A DNA stretch of 64,000 nt, from contig CAZJVP010000081.1 of NCBI GenBank assembly GCA_964549615.1, positions 22,892-86,891 on the forward strand, given 5' to 3'. This DNA is from an uncultured Thermococci archaeon (lineage in GTDB: Archaea > CAYQAE01 > CAYVLA01). Below, piece after piece: positions 1-8,812 of the stretch. Numbering within the stretch: the stretch's first letter is position 1; the number at the start of each line of letters is the position of its first letter. Both the position numbers and the translations under genes were made by a program. The notes beneath the pieces are model-generated. The model made no database searches. It saw nothing but the letters and a program-made list of their open reading frames with translations, and was not told the origin of the DNA.

Positions 1-130
1 ATGCAGAGACGCCCGATTCGACGCGCTCGAAGGTCTTGGGCTTGAGGTTGATCCCATAACTAGACAACTCAGAAAGGTCGAAGCGTTCCTAGCCCTCTGA
101 GAACCTGCTTTGTGGCGCGCTTGGATCCCG

Positions 131-1318
131 TTAGCACTCCTGCAATCTCGTCGTCCCGACTGGCCTGTAGATCTTCCTTCGGATCATGAGGCTCCAGACC
201 ACGAGACCGGCGATCATTGCTGTCGACGTCACGACCAACCATTCCAGCACGAAGACCCAGAATAGCGCCTCGTCCTTGACGCGAACAGCCTGGTCAGCGA
301 TGGAGTCAAGCGCCGAGGAGGCATCATCCATCAGGGAGATCGATGCGCCATATTCCTGATCCAAGAAATGATCAAGCGCGACGGCAACGTGGGCGTCGAG
401 ACCAACGAGGGCCTCGGAAAGGGAAAGGGTGTTGGCGCCAAACGAATCCGCCCATTCCAGCATGGAGATGACCGCGAGCTTCTTGGACCTGAAGGATGAG
501 ATCCGACCCCTTGCGTCCCGTCTGACGAGGATATCTTGGACCGGATGCCTTTCCAGCGAGTGAAGGACGAGGTTTGTGACAAGGTCGATTGCGTAGGGAT
601 TGCTGCCCCTTGACTGGGGAGCCACCCCCCACCAGTAGGGATCGAACTCGTCGGCAGTTGCCCAAGACACTCCGGCGTGCGCATCCACCTTCCAGGAGGC
701 CAACCAAGGAGTCCCAGCGGGCTGGATATCCGCCCAGACCACCGCGCCCTGCTTCACCTCCATCCGGGCGTGGGCTCCTCCGACGACGTTCTCCATGCCC
801 AACGCGACAAACGGGAGGAAGACGGGCTCCCGCTCCTTGCGGAACACAACGTGCCATGGTCTGTGGATGTAGCTCTGCAGGGGGATCGTCGATATCGGCA
901 GCACATCGAAGACCGTGGCGGTGTACCAGTTCTCCGACCCGTGCGAAATGGCCCAATAGGATGGCATGCCAGCCTCTCTGCACACATATTCCAGGTCGGC
1001 AAACTGCTTGGTCGTGAAATGATCGAGGCGCGGATCGACGAAGAAGACGATGTCGTACTTCTCGGAGAACACCTCCTTCGAGCGGGGGTAGTAGAGCCGA
1101 TCCATCTTCCTCCTCTCCTCAATCGTGAGGCCCGACGGCTGCAAGTCGGCCACGTAGGTGAAAAGCGGGTCTTCGCTGAAGAAGCTGGACAGGGGACATC
1201 TGCCCGGCGTAACGGAGCCGAGCAAGAAGCAGGAGATCCTCTTCTGGCCACCCAATGCAAGTCCGTTGCAGAGAAGGACCGAGCAAAGCATGCACGTAAC
1301 ACAAATCCGGCTTCTCAT
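131..1318 (-). CDS. Uncharacterised secreted, C-terminally membrane-anchored protein (paralog of 15403-16659)
   Basis: Signal-peptide-like start at ATG 1318 (MRSRICVTCMLCSVLLCNGLALG); C-terminal TM followed by RRKIYRPVGTTR; shares several blocks with the paralog (RLYYPR/RLYFPR, FGAN, KDEAL/KDRAL, EWL). Confidence 0.75.
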   Translation of the reverse strand: MRSRICVTCMLCSVLLCNGLALGGQKRISCFLLGSVTPGRCPLSSFFSEDPLFTYVADLQPSGLTIEERRKMDRLYYPRSKEVFSEKYDIVFFVDPRLDHFTTKQFADLEYVCREAGMPSYWAISHGSENWYTATVFDVLPISTIPLQSYIHRPWHVVFRKEREPVFLPFVALGMENVVGGAHARMEVKQGAVVWADIQPAGTPWLASWKVDAHAGVSWATADEFDPYWWGVAPQSRGSNPYAIDLVTNLVLHSLERHPVQDILVRRDARGRISSFRSKKLAVISMLEWADSFGANTLSLSEALVGLDAHVAVALDHFLDQEYGASISLMDDASSALDSIADQAVRVKDEALFWVFVLEWLVVTSTAMIAGLVVWSLMIRRKIYRPVGTTRLQEC

Positions 1319-1431
1319 ACGGATCTTGATCCGGCCGTTCCACGACCCCATCCGACCTGCAGCCGAATGCTGCCGATCAATTAGCATAGTTTGATCCGCC
1401 CAAAGAGCTTCATCCGACGCATAGCTCCCGC

Positions 1432-2514
1432 CTAGGGCTCCCAAAGGGTCGCGGCTATGTACCTCTCGCCTTCGGGGTGATCGTTGAAGTAGTAGACGGT
1501 GACGATCCTACCATCGGTGCGCTGAACGGTGCGCGGGTATCCCAGATCGTGATTCCCGCCGCCGTTGCGGACGATCACGTCTGGCCCCCAGCTTTCACCG
1601 TCGTCGTTGCTCAGCTTGGCGCGGATCTGAAATGGTGGATCGCGATACCCGTAGGTCAGACAGAGGCGTCCATCCACGAGCCTCGTCAGAGTCGGAGGAT
1701 TTCCGCCCACGCCGGTGTTGGGGACGGGCCTGTTCAGGTATGCCCATGTCCGACCGTCGTCATCGGAGCAGTACAGATCGATCCAGTTCCGCCCGGACTC
1801 CCGGCACCGCACGGCCACGAGGATGCGTCCGCCGGGAAGGCGTACGCTCGCCGGCATTATGGAGAAGCCCCTCGGCTCCGGGCCGATCCATGAGACAAAC
1901 CTGAAGCTCCTCCCGCCGTCCTTCGTCCTCGCACAGAACACGCGGCCCTCATCCCCATTGCTCTTCGCGGCTGTAAGGAACAGCAAGCATTCGGACGGAC
2001 CCAAGACCAGGTAGTCGGTCCGGGCCGCAATGCCTGTCAGCCCAAAGTCTGGAATGGCGAACGGGCCCCTCCAAGTGGCACAACGATCGTACGAGAAGTA
2101 GAACCAGGACCGTGCGCCAGCTGCCAAACCCGACCTAGCACACATCAACGCGAAGCCGGGATGCGAGAAGTCGATCGCATCGGGGTTTGGTTGAATGGCC
2201 TCATGCCGGAGAGCTTCGCCTACCCCAATCTCGGGGCGCATGTGTTCGTCCGCCGAAAGGCCTCTCCCTCCGGGCGTCCTGCACGGCGTTGGTGCCACCT
2301 GCCATGTCAAGCCCCCGTCCAGGCTACGCGCCTGCATGGAAACGAAAGGCTTGCCCTTGTCTCGAGCGTGGAACCCTGCATCCGCCTTGTGGTAGCCCAG
2401 AGCAAAGCCCACCACGATCTCGTCGCCCCAGGACCAGATGCCGTAGTTGGCCGGCCAGCCGGCAAAGCGACCGATCTCGCGGTACACCGTGACGTGCTGC
2501 ATGACGTGCTGCAT
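1432..2514 (-). CDS. BNR/Asp-box beta-propeller, sialidase-like (GH33-like) protein
   Basis: Five Asp-boxes (SLDGGLTW, SYDRCATW, TKDGGRSF, SDDDGRTW, SNDDGESW) and a C-terminal DLGYP motif; start uncertain (2502, 2514 or 2610). Confidence 0.85.
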   Translation of the reverse strand: MQHVMQHVTVYREIGRFAGWPANYGIWSWGDEIVVGFALGYHKADAGFHARDKGKPFVSMQARSLDGGLTWQVAPTPCRTPGGRGLSADEHMRPEIGVGEALRHEAIQPNPDAIDFSHPGFALMCARSGLAAGARSWFYFSYDRCATWRGPFAIPDFGLTGIAARTDYLVLGPSECLLFLTAAKSNGDEGRVFCARTKDGGRSFRFVSWIGPEPRGFSIMPASVRLPGGRILVAVRCRESGRNWIDLYCSDDDGRTWAYLNRPVPNTGVGGNPPTLTRLVDGRLCLTYGYRDPPFQIRAKLSNDDGESWGPDVIVRNGGGNHDLGYPRTVQRTDGRIVTVYYFNDHPEGERYIAATLWEP

Positions 2515-2626
2515 GCTGGCCTGCGTGTTCGCAGGCACTAAAAATGCGTTCGGCGCTCGGTCGATGGGCCAGAGCCGTCGGCAGTCCAAAAAGGTCAGTT
2601 CACCTGCCATGCTGCAGCCGGCTGAA

Positions 2627-3901
2627 CTACGGAGCTTCGGGGAAGAAGGCCAGTTCCTTGACGGGCCGACCCTGCATGTCGGTGAAACGCAGGGAGAAGC
2701 CCCACTGGCCCTCTCTGTTGTATACTTTCACAAGGATTGCGGTTTCCCCTTTCTCCAAAGTCACAGGAACTATGTCGGAATCCAGATGGACGCCGCGGCT
2801 TCCTTCGTGCCTCCAGACCTCACGGCCGTTGAAACGCACCGACGCATCATCGTCGCTGCCGAACCGCAACTCCGCCTTCATCCTCCGCGGACTGTTGACC
2901 CTGCAGAAGGCATAGGCCATGGATTGTTTGACGTATTCCGCGCTGCCGAATATCTCCACCAAGCCGACCGCGCCCGCGTAGGATCTGTAGCGCCTCCACA
3001 CGGCCTCGATGCCCTTTCCGGGATAGCGCGCGCGCAAGTCCACCTCGGTGTCCGGTGGGAACGAGGAGTCCAGAGAACCATTCGCTGCGTCGAAAGGGCC
3101 GATCACGTACCAAGCCGGCACAATCCCCGGGACTGGTCGCGGATCTCTGTAGAAACCCCGGGGCTGTATGCGGGCCCTTGACATGCTTCTCGGTTCACGG
3201 GTCACGCGAAGCGCACCGCTTCGAAGGATCTCTCGGTTGATCTTTCGAAGCTCTCGCACTACCGATTCATCGCTGTTCCAGCCGCGTAGATCGCCAGCTT
3301 CGTCAAGCATCGCAAATGCGATTAGGCCGGACGCGCCCTCCCTGACGAAGTCCTCGATCTGCTCCCGGATGTCTTTCGGCCTCAGCGGGCGCTGCTGGTT
3401 CACCCCTCTCTTGCTGTCCTGCGCTTCCCAGAATGCCTGGTAGATGCCGAGGAAGGGTATGCCGGGAACCCTTCTCCGCGCGTCGGTCAGAATCCACTGC
3501 GTGTCGAAGCTGTTCATGGTCCGTTCGTAGCGGTCCTTGAGGAATGGGTAGAAGTAGAAGGACATGATGTCACAGGCCCCCGGCCCGAAGTTGCGAAGCG
3601 TCGTCGCCCCCGAGTATCCGCCGCAGACCGGATGATGCCTATCATCGATCTTCCTGACGGTGCGACATAGGCCCCTCATGGCAGACAGTGCATAACCGGG
3701 GCTATCGTCCAATGCCCAGTATCCCCAAAGGTTGGGCGAATCCTTCACGCCCGCGATCTCCCGGGCAAGCGGCTCCGGCCAGAACAGGATGGTCGACAGT
3801 TCGTGATCGGCGGGCTTCGTACCTTTGGCCCCGCGGCGACAGCCCAGAAGAGCATCACGGGTCGCTTCATCGTAGCTGATCAGCTCCTCATCTAGTAGCA
3901 C
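2627..3901 (-). CDS. Putative glycoside hydrolase-like TIM barrel with a C-terminal PA14-like beta-sandwich
   Basis: WGYWALDD, DIMSFYFYP and FVREGASG strands; WYVIGPF...GSDDDASVRFNG...ILVKV is typical of PA14-like modules. N-terminus uncertain (frame open to 4009). Confidence 0.6.
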   Translation of the reverse strand: MLLDEELISYDEATRDALLGCRRGAKGTKPADHELSTILFWPEPLAREIAGVKDSPNLWGYWALDDSPGYALSAMRGLCRTVRKIDDRHHPVCGGYSGATTLRNFGPGACDIMSFYFYPFLKDRYERTMNSFDTQWILTDARRRVPGIPFLGIYQAFWEAQDSKRGVNQQRPLRPKDIREQIEDFVREGASGLIAFAMLDEAGDLRGWNSDESVVRELRKINREILRSGALRVTREPRSMSRARIQPRGFYRDPRPVPGIVPAWYVIGPFDAANGSLDSSFPPDTEVDLRARYPGKGIEAVWRRYRSYAGAVGLVEIFGSAEYVKQSMAYAFCRVNSPRRMKAELRFGSDDDASVRFNGREVWRHEGSRGVHLDSDIVPVTLEKGETAILVKVYNREGQWGFSLRFTDMQGRPVKELAFFPEAP

Positions 3902-4043
3902 GGTTGCCGGGCCTGGAGCGAGATCGCCGTCCGCAATCGGGATCTCGGTTTCCTCCGCATCGATCGCGCGTCGCAGCCGTGGCCTTCCATGGATGTGACC
4001 CGCAGCCCCTCAACCGGTTCTGGACTCTGAAGAGGAAGGACCC

Positions 4044-4472
4044 CTAGGTCAGACCCCAGTCGATGACCTTCGTGGGACGAATCACCAAGACATCGCTTTC
4101 GTTCTCCTCGATCGGCCAGGTCTCTTTCCACTTGGGGTACTTGGCGTAGATCAGATCCCTGCCCTTCCTGAACAGGAGGCCCTTCCTCTTGAACTCAGCC
4201 CTGCCCAGTATGATGACTCCGCGGTTCTTCTCCCAGCTCAGGTACTCATCCACGATGAAGGCCACCCTATTGTTCTTGGTGATGTTTCGCCCTTTCTTGC
4301 TTTCCATATCCGTGTTGATGTAGAGAAGATCATGGTCATTCGCATAACACAAGGGCGCGACATGCGGCACTCCCTGGGGGGTAGCCGTAGCAAGCCGTCC
4401 CACCGGCTGCCCCGCGAGATATCTTTCCACAATCGCAGAGAAACTTGGCACGATCATCCCCGTCCCTGACAT
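4044..4472 (-). CDS. Pyridoxamine 5'-phosphate oxidase-like (split-barrel FMN/F420-binding) protein
   Basis: GRLAT..G.PHVAP, S.KGRNI..NNRVAFIVD motifs. Confidence 0.85.
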   Translation of the reverse strand: MSGTGMIVPSFSAIVERYLAGQPVGRLATATPQGVPHVAPLCYANDHDLLYINTDMESKKGRNITKNNRVAFIVDEYLSWEKNRGVIILGRAEFKRKGLLFRKGRDLIYAKYPKWKETWPIEENESDVLVIRPTKVIDWGLT

Positions 4473-4937
4473 CGGGCTATGTTTCCCGACAACGGCTTCT
4501 CCCTCTTAAGTTTACTCGCCGCCTAAAGCCTGAAGCTTACCCTCGTGCGCCTCTGACGGGGTTCACATCCATGGAGAACGGCAGCGGATGCCATCCTTTC
4601 CGGGGACGTGCCTCGGTTGATGCTGCAGATACGACATATTGTAGGCACGAGATATTCAAGGGAGTAGACGTCGGAACCAAAGGAATCGTCCAGATTGCTG
4701 AGCTGAGGAGAGAAAGGATGCACGATCTATTGCAACACGTGCCATGCCCAGCGGCCTTGAGGGCCATTCCGCGGAGGGCATCTGCTCCCGATGCAGGATC
4801 CACAGCGTGTCCCAAGCACGCAGCAAGCCCGAGAGAGTGGAACCATTCGGGAAGTCCCGGCAGCTACAAGCCCAAGGTGTAGCACGGAAGCGGATCTGCT
4901 TCAGGGCGTCTTCGAAACCGAGAAGGCGATCTTCGCA

Positions 4938-5549
4938 CTATGCTCTCTCGACGGGCTGGCGAATAATGGTCTTGAGCTTGGAGGGTGCACTGGTGCGGGG
5001 ATCGCCAAGGTAGATCTCATGGTGGCGTCCCCTCACCTTGTACCCGCTACCGCGGATGAAATCGTGGAGCACCTTCACCGTCGGACCCTCCTCGCTGTAC
5101 GGGCCGATGTGCATGACTTGTGCGCTCAGCCCTTCGTGGAAGGTTTCGAGGATGACCTCGTCAACGATGGATCCCTTCTTGTCCCTGACCCCGGGCCTGA
5201 CGTCGTCCACCATCTTCTGCGTCACGAAGTCCGGCTGCCTTATCATGGATTTGAAGTTCCACTCGCTTCTTGGCGGGGCTTGTTGAAGGTCGAACGCGGT
5301 CAAATCATCCCACCACCAAAGCCCCTCTAGGGTCATGACCGTGAAGTCCTTCCCTTGCTTCTTGCAGCTGAACTTGAGTGCGTAGCTCATCGAGTAGAGG
5401 GCTTCAAGGCCAGAGCAGTAGATGTCCCCTGCGGGTTCGCCTCGGCCGAAGATGGACAAAAACTTGCCGGGCGGGACGTCTATGACCTCAGGCTTCTTGC
5501 CGGCGGTGTAGTATCTCTTCAACTCCTTCCGTAAATCGATCTTCTCCAC
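4938..5549 (-). CDS. GyrI-like small-molecule-binding domain protein
   Basis: KIDLRKELK, LEGLWW, HIGPYSEE, HHEIYLGDPR, KLKTIIRQP; GTG 5549 lies ~25 nt downstream of a TATA-like TATTTATG on the minus strand. Confidence 0.85.
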   Translation of the reverse strand: MEKIDLRKELKRYYTAGKKPEVIDVPPGKFLSIFGRGEPAGDIYCSGLEALYSMSYALKFSCKKQGKDFTVMTLEGLWWWDDLTAFDLQQAPPRSEWNFKSMIRQPDFVTQKMVDDVRPGVRDKKGSIVDEVILETFHEGLSAQVMHIGPYSEEGPTVKVLHDFIRGSGYKVRGRHHEIYLGDPRTSAPSKLKTIIRQPVERA

Positions 5550-5723
5550 GCCTTCGCCCCGGCTTGGAGTTCTCATAAATACTTCGACCGATCATTCTTC
5601 GAACCCGGAACCACGTCGGTGCCCGGCCTGGACCGAGACGATCGCAGGCTGAACGAGCCGAGCCGACTCAACCCGATTCGGTTGCTTGAGCCATATTTAT
5701 ACTACGGATTGCCCCTGTCCACC

Positions 5724-6749
5724 ATGCAGCCGCGCTGGTTTCTGATCGGAGCCGCCCTGGTGGCGCTCTCGCTTCCCGGTGTGCAGTGCAGGATTGAGTG
5801 GCTCAAGTTCGACCAGAACCCTGTGCTGGCCGAGGGGCCAGAAGGAAGCTGGGACGGCGGGGAGGTCATCTCGGTCTCACCGCTCAGAGAGGGCGAGATC
5901 TACAGAATGTGGTACAGCGCGGACAACGGTTCCGAGCTGTCGGGCATCGGGCTGGCCACATCCGTCGATCGCATCCATTGGACCAAGAGCCCCTTCAACC
6001 CGGTGCTCTCCAATGGCCCCGACGCCTATGACTCAGGCTACGTCTTCGCCCCATGCGTGCTCCGCGATTCTGAGGGCTACAAGATGTGGTACGTGGGATC
6101 AGACCCTGAGGGCGTTTGGACGGTATGCCTAGCCACTTCCGTCGATGGCACGAGTTGGACCAAACACCCGCAGAATCCGGTTCTGACCCCTGGGCCGGGC
6201 TGGTGCGATGCCAGGAACGCTGGAGATCCGTGGGTCATCTTCGACGATGGTCTGTACAAGATGTGGTACACCGCCCTCAACAGGACCTACCTCATCGCAT
6301 ATGCCACATCCAGAGATGGCGTACACTGGACCAAGGTCGGGCCCGTGCTGGAGCCGTCCATGGAAGGTCCGGATTCCAGTAGCGTGAGGGGGCCGTGCGT
6401 CCTGAGAACCGCTGAAGGGTACGAGATGTGGTACAGGGGGATAGGCATCACATCACGATCCTGGACCGTGTGTTATGCGATCTCGCCCGATGGCGTCAAC
6501 TGGGAAAGGTATGCGCAGAATCCGGTCTTGGAGGGACAGAGCGGCGGCTGGGATGCGAAGCTATGGTTCCCCAGGGTCATCCGTGAGGAGGACAGATACT
6601 CGATGTGGTATACGTCCACAGACAGCGGCGTGGGACAAGTTGGGTACGCATACCTCAAGATACCTGAGCAGCTGTGCGCGGCCACCGTCGCCGGTCTTGT
6701 CTTGTGCTCATGCGCTCAAGGGAGCACGCAGCACCGCAGGAATGGCTAG
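5724..6749 (+). CDS. Secreted five-bladed beta-propeller glycosidase-like protein (GH32/43/130-like)
   Basis: Five blades with Y.MWY...AxSxDGxxWxK...NPVL-type repeats; signal peptide MQPRWFLIGAALVALS; TATA-like TATTTATA ~23 nt upstream; IPE plus hydrophobic tail. Confidence 0.8.
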   Translation: MQPRWFLIGAALVALSLPGVQCRIEWLKFDQNPVLAEGPEGSWDGGEVISVSPLREGEIYRMWYSADNGSELSGIGLATSVDRIHWTKSPFNPVLSNGPDAYDSGYVFAPCVLRDSEGYKMWYVGSDPEGVWTVCLATSVDGTSWTKHPQNPVLTPGPGWCDARNAGDPWVIFDDGLYKMWYTALNRTYLIAYATSRDGVHWTKVGPVLEPSMEGPDSSSVRGPCVLRTAEGYEMWYRGIGITSRSWTVCYAISPDGVNWERYAQNPVLEGQSGGWDAKLWFPRVIREEDRYSMWYTSTDSGVGQVGYAYLKIPEQLCAATVAGLVLCSCAQGSTQHRRNG

Positions 6750-8608
6750 CCCTCGAAGTGCACGGTGACGTGGTAGACGTCGCCCTCCACCGTGTACTCG
6801 AGCCTGTGCCCCAGCTTCTTGAAGACGCGCATCATCGGCGCGTTCTCCGTCAGGACCCACGCAGTGAAACCCTTCAGGCCTTTGGCAATTGCCACCTCGA
6901 TCAAACGTTCCAGGAGCTTGGTCCCCAGGCCCCTGTTCTGCCAGTCATCCCTGACGACGATGGCCACCTCCGCCATCTCGGTATTGGGTATCCGTACGTA
7001 GCTGCCCATTGCCACGATGTTCTCCATTCCGTCCTGGACCACGGTCGCGACTATGTTCATCTCGTTCTCGTAGTCGATTGCCACATAGGGCCAAACGCGC
7101 CTCAGCGGCATGGCCTTCAGATTGCCGAGGTAGCGCCTCGTCACAGCTTCCTTGGAGAGGGCATAGAAGAGATGTTGCTTCATGGTGGCATCCGAGGGGC
7201 GAATGGGGCGCAAAAGAACCTTGCTCCCGTCGCCCAGGACGACCCACTTCTCAAGTTCCGCGGGGTACTCGATCGGCGGAAAAGGAAGGACCTCTTCAGG
7301 GAGATACTTGTGATCCTTGGCCCACTGTAGCAGCTCGTTTCTGAATTTGGGGTGGGCAATGTTGATCAGCGCCAGCGCCCTCTCCCGTATCGTCTTTCCT
7401 CTCAAGCATGTCGAGCCGTACTCCGTCACGACATAGTCCGAGTCCCCCCTTGTGAGCACGACGCCAGCCCCCTCGCTGAGAAGCGCGCGTATCCTCGAGA
7501 TCGTGCCCTCCTTCGCCGTGGAGGGCATAACGGTCAATGCCTTCCCCCCCTTCGCCAAACGTGCGCCCCGCATGAAGTCAGCCTGCCCGCCCAACCCGCT
7601 GTAGAAACGATATCCCAGCGAGTCCGAACATACCTGGCCCGTAAGGTCGACCTCGAGTGCCTGGTTTATCGCGACCATCTTCTCGTGCTGCGATATCACG
7701 AATGGGTCATTAACGTAGCTTGATTCATAGAACTCCACCATCGGGTTGTTGTCGATGAAATCGTAAAGCCGCCTAGTACCCATGGCGAAGGAGGCGATGA
7801 TCTTACCCTTGTTCAGGGTCTTCTTGGCGCAGGTCACCGCCCCACACTCCACAAGATCCACAACGCCCTCCGTCAGAAGCTCCGTGTGAATGCCAAGGTC
7901 CTTCTTCTCCTTCAATGAATCCAGAACTGCATCCGGGACGCTACCGATCCCGATCTGCAGCGTGGACTCATCATCGACGAGTTCCGAGACATACCTCGCT
8001 ATCCTCTCAGACACGATGTCCTGTTCGGGCCTCGGCGACTCGAGGATCGGCTCATCGTACTCGACGACGACATCTATGTCGTTGACGTGGATGAAACTAT
8101 CGCCCAGCACCCGGGGCATGTACTTGTTCACCTGCGCAATCACCAGCTTCGCCCGCTCGGAGGCCGTCTTGGTCATTTCCACGGACACGCCGAGGCTGCA
8201 GAAACCGTGTTCGTCCGGAGGCGTCACCTGTATCAGGGCCACATCGACCGGCACCAAACCCCTTTCAACTAACCCCGGAAGATCGGACAGGAAAACCGGA
8301 GTGTAGTCGGCTCTGCCCTCCGAGACCGCTTCGCGTGTGTTCACCCCCACGAAGAAGGCGTTGAGCCTGAACCTGCCCGCGTACCTGGGATTCGCATAAG
8401 GTGCCACGCCCAGCGTGTGCACGTGCAGTATCTCGTTGTCGGATAGGTGGCTACCCAGCTCGACCAACCCATTGACGAGATATTGCGGCTCCCCGCACGC
8501 CGAGCCGATGAAGATGTGATTGCCGGTCTTGATCAGGGAGAGCGCTTCCTGGAGGCTTGACTTCTTGTCCTCATAGGACCTGCTACGAAGGTTTCTCTCA
8601 GGGGTCAA
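6746..8608 (-). CDS. Acetyl-CoA hydrolase / 4-hydroxybutyrate-type CoA-transferase fused to a C-terminal GNAT acetyltransferase
   Basis: TLQIGIG, GIHTE (catalytic Glu position), SGLGGQADFMRGA, YVVTEYG, LINIAHPKFR; GNAT AEVAIVVRDDWQNRGLG and N..MMRVF. Confidence 0.9.
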   Translation of the reverse strand: MTPERNLRSRSYEDKKSSLQEALSLIKTGNHIFIGSACGEPQYLVNGLVELGSHLSDNEILHVHTLGVAPYANPRYAGRFRLNAFFVGVNTREAVSEGRADYTPVFLSDLPGLVERGLVPVDVALIQVTPPDEHGFCSLGVSVEMTKTASERAKLVIAQVNKYMPRVLGDSFIHVNDIDVVVEYDEPILESPRPEQDIVSERIARYVSELVDDESTLQIGIGSVPDAVLDSLKEKKDLGIHTELLTEGVVDLVECGAVTCAKKTLNKGKIIASFAMGTRRLYDFIDNNPMVEFYESSYVNDPFVISQHEKMVAINQALEVDLTGQVCSDSLGYRFYSGLGGQADFMRGARLAKGGKALTVMPSTAKEGTISRIRALLSEGAGVVLTRGDSDYVVTEYGSTCLRGKTIRERALALINIAHPKFRNELLQWAKDHKYLPEEVLPFPPIEYPAELEKWVVLGDGSKVLLRPIRPSDATMKQHLFYALSKEAVTRRYLGNLKAMPLRRVWPYVAIDYENEMNIVATVVQDGMENIVAMGSYVRIPNTEMAEVAIVVRDDWQNRGLGTKLLERLIEVAIAKGLKGFTAWVLTENAPMMRVFKKLGHRLEYTVEGDVYHVTVHFEG

Positions 8609-8812
8609 CTTCGCACCCGCCCGTCACTGAGTCGAGCTTGCAGCATATTACTTTGTTTCCTTTTTTCTTTTCCAAAACGGCCGCGCGCTCTTCACGCTCT
8701 GCCTTCTCAGGGCAGGATCTGCGCCGGAAAGAATTTTATCCGTTAGGCTTGTCACCGAGTGGGATGTTCAACCCGGGGCGACTCGGATGGGTGTCCCGCG
8801 AGAGGGGACAGG

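Noticed and set aside
2490-2514. 12-bp tandem duplication encoding MQHVMQHV
   Set aside because: Only two copies at an ambiguous start; most likely a trivial slippage event.
4473-4937. Short ORFs between the PPOX-like and GyrI-like genes
   Set aside because: No motifs, ribosome-binding site or consistent coding signal; left unannotated.
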